From Paraspadella gotoi (Eukaryota; Animalia; Chaetognatha): a stretch of 64,000 nt of DNA. Shown here in pieces: positions 1 to 13,130 of the stretch. Position numbers and translations under genes: made by a program. Each line of letters begins with the position of its first letter. Position 1 is the stretch's first letter. Below the pieces are notes generated by a model. It was not told the origin of the DNA. It ran no database searches and saw nothing but the letters and a program-made list of their open reading frames with translations. The stretch is taken from assembly GCA_051294375.1 (NCBI GenBank), contig CM119270.1:5340152-5404151 (forward strand). Reading direction: 5' to 3'.

Positions 1-189
1 AATAAAAGAACTGATAAAAAAAAAATTAATCGTTTTTAAAATTCGCTATCGTGATTCAGACGAAGAAAATCCATTCGGCGTCAAAACAAATGAACGTCTT
101 ATGTTCAAAAAAGTGTGAAGGCTCAAGAGGGCGCCAAAATTAAGAGCGCCCCCCCCCCAAAAAAAAAGAATAAGTTTTGCGGATACAAA

Positions 190-3100
190 ATGGCGGCCGT
201 AGACGTCAATATCGGCAGCGTCACGGGCGTTCCTGGCGGGGTCAGCGGGGTCAGTGGCGTGCAACCTTCCTTAACCTCCCCTCCTCCCCAACGCGCCAAT
301 GCGTCTCTCGACTACACAAATCCTCGCTCTTGGTACATCTCCACCGTTAAGAGCAAACTCGTCGAAGATTTTGTCAAGGAAAGACTCACGACGACGACGA
401 CGACGACGACGACAACGTTGCCGGAAATCGGCGTACCCCGCTTCGCCAGGCTGCGGCGGCTGCGGCGGCGACCGAAATCCGGGGATCGGGTGAGGCTGCC
501 GAGAATATCTGCGCCACCGGCGGAGAAATCGACTGGTAAGTTTGGGTGCGTGCGTATAATTGGTAAAATATGAGGAAAAAAAAAGGATGAAATACGTAGT
601 TATTTGGTTAGGGACCTTCTTTCTTAAACTCGGCTGACAAAATTGTGTTGTTTCATTTAAAAAAGTCAGAGTGAACAGTAAATTCTGAATTCAATCTAAT
701 TTTGTTTGTTAATTGTTTATTTCTTCACTAATGCTAGAACTCTTACCCAATAATATTACAGTCTTTCTATTTCTAGATTATGAGCCTGTTTATACGTTTG
801 TTCTCTCGTCGTTACATTTTACAAATGTACTAATCCGAATTCTCACCTCCCACGGCTTCGCTAAATATTAACCGTTTCTTCGTTCTCATCGAATTCAGCT
901 TCGTCTAAAGAAGACGACGACCACAGAGGCGACGACGATTCGACGACGACGTCTACGACGACGAAAGAGAAGACGACGACGACGACGACCCTTCCGCGCG
1001 GAATTCTAAAGAAGCGCGGCGCCGTGTCCTCGGCCGAACTGCGTCTTCTCGGCGCCGGAGTTGAGGCGGCGTTGAAAGGCGGCGTCGGGGGGGTCCAAAT
1101 CGGCGCAGAGGTAAGCACTGGCGGCGCCGCGGTCGGAATCTCTTTCGCCGATGAAGTCGTCGTGCAAGAGGTGGAGGTCAGAGGCGGCGGCGGCAGCGTC
1201 GGTGGCGGCGTCAAGGACTCCACGCCCTCATCGACCGAAGACGAAGAAGAGAGAAGCGGCGACGTTTTCCTCGACGCCAGCGACGACGCCAGAGCCGGCG
1301 CCTTTTTGACGGAACTTCCGGCGGCGCGGGATTTCGGCGAAGCGGCGTCGATGCAGCGACGTAGGCGGCGCTCGGCGGCGTCGTCGTCGGGGTCCAGCGT
1401 TGGTGAGGCTTGTGGTTTTCTAGAACATTGCTTGATAGAGTTTAAAATGTCAATTAGAATTTGAACAATTTTTTTTTAAATTCTTTTATTAACACCAAAA
1501 ATAGTATTAACAAAATCAGAAACAGTAACAGTGTAAAAGATTGGAAAATGATAAACAATAGACACTAATGTTTAAAATGAAATCAATGATAAAATTTTTA
1601 TGAACTTGATTCATAAGAAACTATGAAATATAAGTTCATAGGGACTAAGCTCTGACGAACAAAGCCCGAGGTGTTTTTAAATATTCTTAAATAGCGGACA
1701 AGGTAGATGATATGGCAATATTGTTTAATAGTTAAGTTCAATAAAAAATCCGACCTTAAATATAGAAATAATAACCAAAATCTCGGCAAAATTTTCCCTT
1801 CTTTGGAAGATTTTCGCCATGAGAAGATTTTTCCAACTGACTCCCGGTTGAAAACTCTTAGAATTTCCGATTCGTTAGTTCCTCTTTTACTTTACTTTAA
1901 TAAAAATTTCACCAAAGATTAGGACTATTCCCATTTACCATGATCGTATCAACTAGTCAAAATAACCTAATAAATGTAAAGAAAAATTTTGAGAGCCTTC
2001 AACACTTTGCCAATGAGGATCCAAAAGTAGACCGTGCATTTGTTGTTTTTCAAAGAAAAAAATCCCTTTCATTCTAATATAAAATCAAGATGGGAAAATT
2101 TCTCCGGTCCAGAAGTCAGTCTATTTGTTCTGGCTTGTTTGATAATCAAGATGTTTGATGATTTGCACAAGAGAACAAAAATGCGAGCCCTCAGATGCCA
2201 ACAGGATCGGAATCAAGTGTTTTTTACATCGATATTTACCAGAATTTTACCAAGGAAGCGGTTTATATTTGTTTTGGTAGTCAGATTTGAACGAAAATCT
2301 CATTGAAAAAGTTTTGAACTTATTCATAATAACACGTATGAAATATAACGTTCAAGAACGTTCAAGATCAAAATTTCAAAATCATAAAAACTAGAATTTG
2401 AAGATTTGTTTAATCTTTTTTTATTAATAACTAAACCAATATTAACATAATTAAAAAACACAAACGGTATCATCAACAGACTGGCACACGGTATTCATTT
2501 TTTTATTAATATATGTATCTTTTAAATATATGCATTCAAACTTGAATATTTTTTTTTCTTTAAACAAATTGAATGTACTCAATAATTGAAAAAAAAAAAA
2601 GAATACAAAAACAACAGTATCAATAAAAACGTAAAAAGACTGGAACTGTATCCGCGAGGTATTACTTTTTAAAAGTTATAAACTAATTTAAAATAGTTTT
2701 AAAGACTCGAATCGCCTTACCAACTCAACTTGAATAAGGTTTCGCTCCGGGAATCGAAGACCGCAGCGCGCCTTCATCCCTCGACGGCGTCGCAGCGGCC
2801 GGCGTTGTCCTTCCGGTGTCGCAACCTCTCGTCGTTATCGAGGAGGCGTCGACGCCCGGCGCTCCGGCGTCGAAAGAGCGGCGCCGTCCGACGAGCGAGG
2901 AAGAGAGGCGAAAGGAATACTTTGATTCGAATCCTTACAGGAAGTTCACGACCGTGAGGGGAGAGAGGGCGTGGCCAGAGGAAGGGAGGAGGAGGGGAAC
3001 GTCGGAAGTGCCGGAGGAATATCAGGTGTGGAGGGGGGCGGGGAAGGAAATAACGGCCTGTACGAAAGAGATTATATATTGAATTGATGGGTAATCTATT

Positions 3101-4033
3101 GGACTATTGGACTATTGGGTAAAATTATACATATTCCGCGGTCAAATAGTACTTGAGGAAGTGGTATTTTTATATTGAAACTAATTCATTAATCGGGAAT
3201 TATATATATTCCGCGGTCAAATAGTACTTCAGGCAGTGGTATTTTTTATATTGAAACTAATTCATTAATCGGGAAGCCAGCCGCTCTGGTAGTTAATAAA
3301 CTACAGTGAGAGTTTTGATTGAAAGTTTACCTTGGAGCCCCTAAACATCATGGCCTGCCCAAAATTAGCAGCAAGATATCTTATTCATTGAATGAATGCA
3401 ATGCCTAATGGGACGCTTTGGGAAAATAAGGCCCAGTTATAGTTTATACTCACTGAGGAAAAACTATAACTGAATCGGACAATGCTTTTTTTTTTCAAAT
3501 CCTTTTATTTTTCTATAACTTTCCTTTTATCGTTTCATTTCCCCCTCTTCAACTTCGAACTACACCCAACCCACCTCGTCCAAGGAACTCGTCATGACCC
3601 CGCGTTGTCCGGCCGACGTCAACCAGAAGAGGACTCCAGATCACGAGCGACTCAAGCTCCGTCTCCAGTCGACCCTGGGCGTGCGGCGCGGCGGCGGCAG
3701 CGGAGGCGGCAGCGGCACGAGCGGCGGCGCCGGACCCAGCGATGCCGAGGCTGTGGCGCGGGCGGCGTCGGCCTCCCTTCCAGTCGAAGTCGCTCGGAGA
3801 CGGGAGAGGATCAAGTGGGCGTACGGGTGTCGCCACGAGGAAGGTGAGGGCGGGACCGTGGCTGCTGTTGTTATTTTAGCTTTGTCGTNNNNNNNNNNGG
3901 TTTAAATATGTTTAGTGATCACGATTCTAATTACTCGTTTGCCATAAATGGGGCCATCTCCAGTCGAAAGGAGGTGCATAAGATTTTTGTTCCGTAGAAA
4001 ATATTTTTCTGTTTGTCATAAATATTGATTGAG

Positions 4034-4075
<42 letters not shown>

Positions 4076-4081
4076 GGAGAG

Positions 4082-4117
<36 letters not shown>

Positions 4118-4122
4118 AGAGA

Positions 4123-4161
<39 letters not shown>

Positions 4162-5241
4162 GAGAGAGAGAACGGGGACAAGTAATGCAAGGAGAATGAG
4201 AAAAGGGCTTTAGGCATAGTAACATTCGAAATATGGAAAACCTAATAAAAAATATTAGGTCTTCGTTGGTTTGCACGTGACAAGAGAATATTGAACTGTT
4301 CTGCTTTTCGTATTTATTATATTGTTTATAACTAAACAAACGCCTGAGACAAGACGGAATTGTACATAGAGAACGAAACGAAAGGTGTCAACGTGAGACT
4401 GCGAGACGAATACAATGTCAAACAGATGACAGCTAGAAAAACTCTAAACTTCAGTTAATAAATGAATCTAAAATTTTTGAAATATTAAACATTTGCGTCA
4501 CGACCGAACTCGGCCCTTTCTCCCTTGATTCCGTGTCTCTCTCTCTCTCTCTCTATCGCCTCATCGATATTCCGTCTTTTGTTTTTAAAATTATATAAAA
4601 ATGGCGGGAAACAAAAAAAAAAAAAAATTGGGATTCGATCTTTTTTTGGCGATGGAAGCGACCGACTTTGCAAGACCGATAATATATTGTTGACTTTTCA
4701 TTATCGTCGTCGATGTCAATGTCCTCTTTGTTTTATGGCAAGCATCGGCTTATTGCTGCACCTGTCGTGTTCACTCCTCCCAGTCCCAAGACGCGACTCG
4801 ATCCCTTAATCCGATTTGCATATTGGAGACAACATCATGGTCGTGGCTTCTGGAGTATAGTTGTGACGAAAGAGAATTATGGTTTCAGAAAAGATAAGCC
4901 ACAAAACCGAGCCACAAAAAAAAATAAAGCCCTTACGCAATCTTTTAACATATATTCTCGATAGAAATTAGAATATTATAAATTTGTTTCAAGATATTCT
5001 GTCTATTAATTTCTTTCCTTTCTTTCCCTTTTTTTTTTATTCACGTACCAACTCCTGCTGTCATTGTTGTTTCCTTTGTCATCTGCCTTGTCATCATCCC
5101 AGATTTCGGAATCAACCTCGCTTTTTTTTTCAGATTATTTCCGTCCTTTTCGATTTCTTCTTAATCAAACATCCCAAATTCCCAAATCCAATATCCATGA
5201 TCCTCCCCGCCGCTCTGGCGTCCTAGACTGTCGTTTCCACG

Positions 5242-5303
<62 letters not shown>

Positions 5304-8300
5304 CCGTCATAATCGCCGTCAATATCTCCCAGCTGTAGTCGATGTCAGGTCTGGAAGCCGCGTTGCCAATGACGACGGACGCTGCAATTGGAGGGAGGGG
5401 CGGCTGAGGCGGCTGAGGCGGCTGAGGCGGTGGCGGCTTCATCAGTGTAATATTTATCTTTTCTTTTCTTGTTTCTCCGTCGTCTTTCCTTTTCGTTTGT
5501 GACAGAGTCCATTTGCCTTTCGCGTCAGGCACTCGGTTCGGTTCCTTGCATCCTTGCCAGTTGCCACCTTAAAAAAGATTATAACTCTGTCTCTCTCTTG
5601 CCGCTCATTCTTTCTCTCAATCTTATTTCTCTTCAACTCCCTCTTCCCACCTCCACTCCCCCCCCTTCTCCCCGGTTTTGCAATTCTGACCTCGCGTCGA
5701 ATGAACAGAAATCGATATTTACGCCCACGATTTTTATAGGAGAAAAGTCCGACTTAACCCTTGATTCTACGAGACCCAAGCGGCCATTTTGAATTCTGCA
5801 AGAGTCACCCTTTACCGTGATTAATGGGGGAGGAGGATCTTTTCGATTTTAGAGCGTGCCAAATACAAAGTCATTTAGCGGCCGGCACTGTATATTGTAT
5901 ATTGTATATTTTCACATCGCCTCACATCCATCATCGTTCAGCCCATTCCATTGGCTCAGAGGGGGAACGCACCATCCCAGGCGATGCGTTCCATCCCTCG
6001 TCCTCGTGACAGGAGGCGTCACTCAGGGTCGGAAGCCCCCAAAACCAACAGTGAGATGCCCCATCCCAATGAGCATCACTGGTAACCCCGCTGTTGCCAT
6101 GATATCATAATATCGGGGAATCAGGGTCCCCCAAAAGTGGCCTCGTGTCGTCTGCCAACGATTTTCCGTCGGTAATTTCTTGTTCCGGATGGAATTACCG
6201 CCATAAATCGAGGGAGTCTCGGCCGCCCCATTTTCCGGTTGATTCCATCTCGTCGGCTTCTTTCTTCCTGATTCGATTTTGTCGATTCGTTTCCGCCGAT
6301 TTTATTCGACCAATTATATTTCCCAAATTTGGTTCCCCAAGTTTTCATTTCACTAATTTAATATTTATTCTCATGGCCCGTTTTGATTAAAATTCAATAT
6401 TCAAATATTGTTCATAGACATATTCCTTCTTTTTCCAGATTCATGGAAAATTCTGCAACATCGGTAAATGAAGATTCTAATTCTTTTTAAAATATGAATA
6501 TTACGACGTACTATCACATTAAGGAAGAGGGGAAAAATTTAATGTAATATCTTCGGCACATAATACGTAATATTTCCGGCGGTTGAAGGTCGCTACTAGA
6601 ACAAAGAAAGAAAATGGGTTTNNNNNNNNNNNNNNNNNNNNNNNNNNNNNNNNNNNNNNNNNNNNNNNNNNNNNNNNNNNNNNNNNNNNNNNNNNNNNNN
6701 NNNNNNNNNNNNNNNNNNNNNNNNNNNNNNNNNNNNNNNNNNNNNNNNNNNNNNNNNNNNNNNNNNNNNNNNNNNNNNNNNNNNNNNNNNNNNNNNNNNN
6801 NNNNNNNNNNNNNTCGCGAAAAGCAATAAAATTATCTCACTCCTCTCACAGGCACACTCTCATTCTCTCTCTCTCTCTCTCTCGTCTCTGTCTCTCTCTT
6901 CTCCCCTTCAAAGGCAACATCGACGTCTCCCACGTTTCCGCCAAAGTTCGCTGTTGGATCGAATTCCCGTCTCCCGTCGGAGGGCGCCGTTTTCGGTTAG
7001 CACAAGAGACCAAGGCGGCGCCGCGAGGATCGGCGTCGTCGGTCTCCGGCGTCGCCATCGCCGTTTACGGCGTCGACGACGACGAGTTTTGTGGAGGAGT
7101 CGAAGGTGGCGGCGACAGGCGGAAGCCGTCGCAGTTCAGCGAGTGGCACCACAGGGTAGGTTGAGGGGGTTGGCGAAGGAGTTGGAAACCGGGGAGGTGG
7201 TTGGGATGCTCTCTCTCTCTACTCCGCTCCTTACCCCCTCACTCCTTGCCCCCCCTCTCTCTTTCTTTATCCCCCTCACCCTCTCTATTCCCCTTTCTTT
7301 CTCTCTCTCACTCTCACTTACCCCACTCCTCCACTATCTTCCTCTCTCAACAGATGGCGCCCGCCGAGGAGGACGGTCGCAGCAGCGGCACCTACATGAA
7401 AATCGCGTCGCCAGATATGAAGGACGAGGATTCCGAAGACTCAGAAGGGAGGTTCATCTACATGGCGCCGCAGGATGGGTAAGGAGGGCGCCGTAAGAAT
7501 TATAGTCACTCCGCCGCATCTGAATTGTCTTGAAATGTTTGTTACTATTCATACTATGCAACTATACAACGCAAACTGAAAAATTATACAGTATCCCTTT
7601 TCAATCTTTAAACTCTCAACTGTATTTCAATCATCTATGTCTCCCTCTTCCACCTCTATCTCAATCAATGCCGTCTCCCTCTATTTCTCTCCGTCTCTCT
7701 CTCTCTCCGTCTCCCTCTCTCTCCAGCTACCTCTTGCGCGACTCCCAACCCGTCCTCAGCATCGTCAACATTTCCGTCGAGGATCGATTCCTCTACGTCA
7801 CCGACCCGGAGGATCTCGACTCCGGTGGCGTCGGTGGCGTCGCCTCCAACGCCGCTACCGACGCCGCCACCTTGGGACCAGACAAAAAAGGGCGCCGGTT
7901 TTTCTTTCGAGGGAAAGAAGTCAGGATGTCATCGCCGGCGAGGGACGTGGCACTCTCGATTCCCATGGCGCCGGTGAGATTCATTTGATTGAATCACAGT
8001 TTGATTTATTGATTGATTCACTGTTTGTTGATTGATTGATTNNNNNNNNNNNNNNNNNNNNNNNNNNNNNNNNNNNNNNNNNNNNNNNNNNNNNNNNNNN
8101 NNNNNNNNNNNNNNNNNNNNNNNNNNNNNNNNNNNNNNNNNNNNNNNNNNNNNNNNNNNNNNNNNNNNNNNNNNNNNNNNNNNNNNNNNNNNNNNNNNNN
8201 NNNNNNNNNNNNNNNNNNNNNNNNNNNNNNNNNNNNNNNNNNNNNNNNNNNNNNNNNNNNNNNNNNNNNNNNNNNNNNNNNNNNNNNNNNNNNNNNNNNN

Positions 8301-11300
8301 NNNNNNNNNCAACCCATCACACGAGACGCAAGACGCCCCTCAAATCCTTCAAACTCTTGCAAGTCTTCGGCGAGCTCCGCCAGTTTCGAGGCGGCGCCGG
8401 CGAGGGCGATGGAAGAGGTGATGGCCCCGACGGAGCGGCGTTGTCGATGGCCGTAGTCCCGGCGCGACCGGCGTCGTTTCTCCGTCCCCTCGAAGAACTG
8501 GACGCGCAGTTGGAGGTACACGACGGCGACGAGGATCCGGAAGAAGCCGTCAAGAAATCCCCTCGCTCGTCCTCTCTTCCCATTCGTCCGCCGCCTTCAA
8601 ACGATCCTCCACCGCCGCCTCCTTGGATCAAACTCGATTCACGACCCGTCCACAAGTCAGAGGTCCTCATTCGCGCCGAAGAAGAGCGGCGTCGATTAGC
8701 CGAGGCCCGCGGCGCCAAGAAGAGCGCCGGCTCCAAGAAGGATAGGAGCGCGGCGGCGAGCGGTGCTGAGAGAAGCTCCGGTGGCGGCGTTTCCGGCGAG
8801 ACGATGGCGACGACCACGGCGCCGCCGACACCGGAGAGTCGAACGACGAGCGGCGCCGAAATTAGGAGCGGGAAGAAGTTTGCGAGGAGCAGGTAAGNNN
8901 NNNNNNNNNNNNNNNNNNNNNNNNNNNNNNNNNNNNNNNNNNNNNNNNNNNNNNNNNNNNNNNNNNNNNNNNNNNNNNNNNNNNNNNNNNNNNNNNNNNN
9001 NNNNNNNNNNNNNNNNNNNNNNNNNNNNNNNNNNNNNNNNNNNNNNNNNNNNNNNNNNNNNNNNNNNNNNNNNNNNNNNNNNNNNNNNNNNNNNNNNNNN
9101 NNNNNNNNNNNNNNNNNNNNNNNNNNNNNNNNNNNNNNNNNNNNNNNNNNNNNNNNAAATTTTTTTTTGCAAAATCTTTTTTAGCAAAACGCGATTTCCC
9201 TCAGATTTCCTGTTTTGATGGGATAAAAAGGATTTTTCGTCAGACGCAAGACGGATTTAGTTGTTGTTGTTGTCATTGTCGTTTTTCCCAAGAGACGTTT
9301 GTTTTTGTTTTCTGTTTACTAAAATCCTTCTGACGAGGTCGACGCCAAAGACGATAAATATGATAAATATGAGCCAGAAANNNNNNNNNNNNNNNNNNNN
9401 NNNNNNNNNNNNNNNNNNNNNNNNNNNNNNNNNNNNNNNNNNNNNNNNNNNNNNNNNNNNNNNNNNNNNNNNNNNNNNNNNNNNNNNNNNNNNNNNNNNN
9501 NNNNNNNNNNNNNNNNNNNNNNNNNNNNNNNNNNNNNNNNNNNNNNNNNNNNNNNNNNNNNNNNNNNNNNNNNNNNNNNNNNNNNNNNNNNNNNNNNNNN
9601 NNNNNNNNNNNNNNNNNNNNNNNNNNNNNNNNNNNNNNNNNNNNNNNNNNNNNNNNNNNNNNNNNNNNNNNNNNNNNNNGAGAGAGAGAAGACGAAGATA
9701 CAATTAAATTAGATTATTTTCGTGGGAAGTCAGAAAATGCGAGGACACGTTCAAGATATTGAAAATAATTCCTTTTCGTGTTTAATGTTTTTAAAGTTTA
9801 TTCAATTTGCGGACTAAAAAAGGCCAAATAGACATCTTTTGAATAATAACGAGGCCCAATGCGTGAGGGAATTTATATGAGATTAATTTTTTTTTTTTTA
9901 AATTGTAACGCTAATTTCTTAACATTTGAAAATAAGTTGACTTGACGAAACTTTTACGTAGAATTGCCTCTTATATTATTATATATTTATATAATATATT
10001 TATATATATTTAATATATTTATATCTTTATATCATTATATATTATTAAGACGTTATATCATTCACGGGAGAAGCAAGGGTAACACCCAGGATCCGAGGAA
10101 CTCAAGCGGTTGTCAGATGACTTTTTGTTCTCAAGAAAAAGTCCCTTGGCGGACGTCTTCGTCATGACATTTCGTCTTCATCGAGACGACCCGTCAAACC
10201 GCTCTTTTCTTTAGTCAGAATCAGTAATTTCGTGTTGGTTTTTTCAATATTTATATATATTTTTCATATAAATATTTACATATATGTTATTATCCAGAAT
10301 TCCAGATATTATAAGGTTTTCATTAATGAACCCGGTCGACGAGTACTTATTACCCGTCCAAGCCAATGGGACGAGCCGAGTTTTCTCCAAGCTATACGGG
10401 AGGCTAATTTAGAATTCGCCACAAGATCATATTATTGTTAATTTATATTTAATTAATTAATTAATTAATTAATTTATATATTTTCGTTCCAGAGAATCGC
10501 GATTGGATCAACAGGATCCAGACAGAGACGGACTCGACGTGAACAATCTCCTTCAGAAGTACGAGGAGGAAGAGGGGGGCGAAGGAAGAGGAGGAAGCGA
10601 CATCTATCACGGACAACGAGGGGCTTTCAGGTGTGGGGGATGGTGGGGGGAAGGGGGGGTGGAGGGCGATGAGAGAAGATGGGGGAAGATGAGGGGATGT
10701 GGGGGAGGAGAGAAGGGGTTGTTGACTGCGCTTGTATGTTGCATATAAATATCAAAGGTTTTAAAGTATGTTACATTGCTACCAAAAATAAACTCAATTA
10801 ATGATTTATTATTTATAAATTTAGGTCAGAAATCATATTTTAGCGAACTTTTTAAATACTTAAAAAATTGTAGCGGTTAGAAAAGCGTATAAAATTTATA
10901 TTTATTATTGGCAAAATAAAGCCCTTTTTAAACTCTATAGGGTGTGATTAATTTTAAATTTTTAACAAAAGTTTTCGTTAAGTTATTTAGCATTAATTAG
11001 AAAAATTACTTGAAAATTCACATAATTTTAATCTTTAAAAATTAATAATGAAGAAAGTATTATATAAAATTAGATAAATAAGGTATCTAAAATATAAAAT
11101 TTTAAAGTCTAATTTAGAAAAACAAGTAATCTTGCAATTTTTCATATCGTATTTTTTGCGCTCTTGAAGATGAGACTGGTTACAATTGATTTTAAGGACG
11201 ACATCATAAAAATTTTGTTCAAAAAACAATATTTTTTAAGTTTTTTTAGAGTTGGTAGCAATTAATAAATTTTTTTTATATTATTTTCTCTCTTTTCGAA

Positions 11301-12175
11301 TATTTGGAAATGTTTATAGAGTGCCAATACAACAATTTTTATTATCAATAGTACATGTTTCGACTCTGCTGGTTCTAGTTAACTTAATGTGTAGAGCATT
11401 TTTGTTAATGTTTTTCAAAGCTGATGAAGACTCGAACCAGCAGAGTCGAAACATGTACTATTGATAATAAAAATCGTTGTATTGGCACTGAATAAACATT
11501 TCCTAATAATTTTTTTTTAAATAAAAAAAAATGGGAAAAAATTAGTACATGGTCGAGGCACAATTTGTACTATATTGCTAAACTCGGTTAAAAAGATGGC
11601 AAAATTTGGCAAAGTCTAGGGAGGGTGGGTGGAGGGCGAAGAGAGAAGATGGGGGAAGATAAAGGGATATGGGGGAGGAAAGAAGGGGTTGTTCAGGTTG
11701 GTGTCAAATGGTGAAATATATAATACAATACGGATTAATTAGGTCTTCACATGTCAATTTTGTTAGTCAACTTTGAGGGAGTCAGAAGTCTCAAAAGATT
11801 AGTAATAATTTTTTTTTTAAAAAATCATGTTTTCTCGATATTTTTTTTAAATCTTATTTGCATGTAAAGATTAAATAAATTACTTATCAACAACTAAACC
11901 TTCTGCCAAATAAATGACTCTAAAACAAACGATAGTACTGATTATAGGCTAAATGAGTAAAAAGTGAAATTTTTACTTTTCTTTTTCCTTTCAGGCCATC
12001 TCGAGTGATTCACAAGCCGGTACCTCCTAGGAGAACGAGAAAATCTAAACAGAAAAACGGAGATAAAAACAAAGATAAAAACAATGGCGGAAAGAACAAT
12101 ATGGGAAAGAACAACGGAGGGAAAAATAATGGCGGAAAGAAAAGTGCTGATAAGAATAAGGGACAGAAACAATGA
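190..12175 (+). CDS. Multi-exon gene, >=970-aa low-complexity/disordered protein of unknown function
   Basis: Exons 190-535, 899-1402, 2739-3025, 3585-3843, 6914-7155, 7354-7478, 7727-7973, (<=8310)-8892, 10493-10630, 11995-12175. All visible junctions are GT-AG with matching phases; the exon 8 acceptor lies in an N gap. ATG at 190, TGA at 12173-12175. Extra exons could hide in the gaps. No domain recognised. Confidence 0.8.
3131..3275. repeat. Local direct duplication (~70 bp x2)
   Basis: atattccgcggtcaaatagtactt...attgaaactaattcattaatcgggaa occurs at ~3131 and ~3206. Confidence 0.85.
3272..3398 (+). repeat. Degenerate copy of dispersed ~200-bp repeat family
   Basis: gaagccag...gagttttgattgaaag...gcaagatatcttattcattgaatgaatg aligns by eye with the copy at 62538-62735. 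Confidence 0.6.
4038..4170. repeat. (AG)n microsatellite
   Basis: Long GA dinucleotide run. Similar runs at ~51520-51580, 53340-53435, 55430-55510 and 62095-62225. Confidence 0.95.
5243..5302. repeat. (CCG)~20 trinucleotide repeat
   Basis: Perfect run of about 20 CCG units in intron 4 of the first gene. Confidence 0.95.
5889..6130 (-). mobile_element. Possible 5'-truncated SINE/LINE 3' end with (CAATATA)n tail
   Basis: GC-richer block with three hairpins that ends, on the minus strand, in aatatacaatatacaatatacag. Confidence 0.4.
11306..11503. mobile_element. Inverted repeat (~70-bp arms), Penelope-like pseudo-LTR remnant
   Basis: 11306-11375 is the near-perfect reverse complement of 11434-11503. 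The right arm overlaps the hammerhead motif. Confidence 0.7.
11415..11464 (+). ncRNA. Minimal type-I hammerhead ribozyme (Penelope-like element type)
   Basis: tcaaag-CTGATGA(11421-27)-a-GACTC-gaaccagca-GAGTC-GAAAC-ATGT-A-ctattga. This gives the conserved core, a 5-bp stem II, a palindromic minimal stem III (ACATGT), a GUA cleavage triplet and a stem I with one bulge. Confidence 0.7.
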
Positions 12176-13130
12176 GGTGGAAAAATACTAGTTACGATTT
12201 AGTTTTTGGAGGAAAAGAAATATTTTTAAGTGCGTATATTAAATTTTAAAGTTAGGGCCAAGTCCCCGATTCTCATTATATGAAAACAAGATGGAAACTA
12301 AAATAAAGAAGGAAAATAGAACTAGATAGAAAGAGAAATACTTAAAGAATTCATTCATTTTGACGCGTCCAGCAGCCGGTATCTGGTGTGCCAATAATTT
12401 TCTCTGTTTGAAGTACTAAGTAACTAATGTTATGTCCTGGCAGTATTTTTTGCTGATACAATATTTAACAACTGACGATCTCTTCTTGCTCGACATGCCA
12501 AATAAAATTATTTTATACAAGTAATGTATTTTTTTCAAAGAATTTTATTCGATACTTCTATAGGGTCTGTGGGTCAGTGCTCAGCTCGTATTTTTAAAGG
12601 GAAGCTCGTGAAACTTGATGGTCTTTTTTTTTAAATCATACTGATTGCAAAGATTTATTTTAAAATATTGCAAAAATTATACAGCATTTCTAAATCGACT
12701 TGTTTATAATTCGAAATTTAGAAACTGAAGTTTGCTCAAAAACTAAAGTTGTCAAAATTGATTTCTTTTTCGTAAATAGCTCCGTTGGGAAAAACAAAAA
12801 GAACCCTAATCCTTCCATTACTACGCAAATTGCCACTATTCCTTAATAATAAATGCAAAAAAAAATATCTCAAGCTTTTTCCGTTGGCGTCGCCATTATG
12901 GCTGTCAGTGACCGATTACGACCGCCTCCGTCCTCGTCGCTATTTTCGTCGTTTTCGTCGTCGCCGACGCCGCTTCCCCGCTCCACAAAATCAATCTTCA
13001 ATAACCTGTGCTGAACTGTGGAAGATGGGTTAAAGTTACACTCGAAGGAGCGATTTGTTTTTCTCTTCTGTTCCTGCTCTCCCCCACGCCCAAAAAAAAA
13101 CTTATGTAGTATAGATTTTTTCGATAGTCA

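Noticed and set aside
3927-4339. Ser/Leu- or Arg/Glu-repeat ORFs (also 51639-52041, 53218-53546, 55390-55626, 61933-62304)
   Set aside because: These are translations of (AG)n and (TTTC)n microsatellites.
7929-9707. ORFs containing long X runs
   Set aside because: Artefacts of N gaps; only 8310-8892 is a supported exon.
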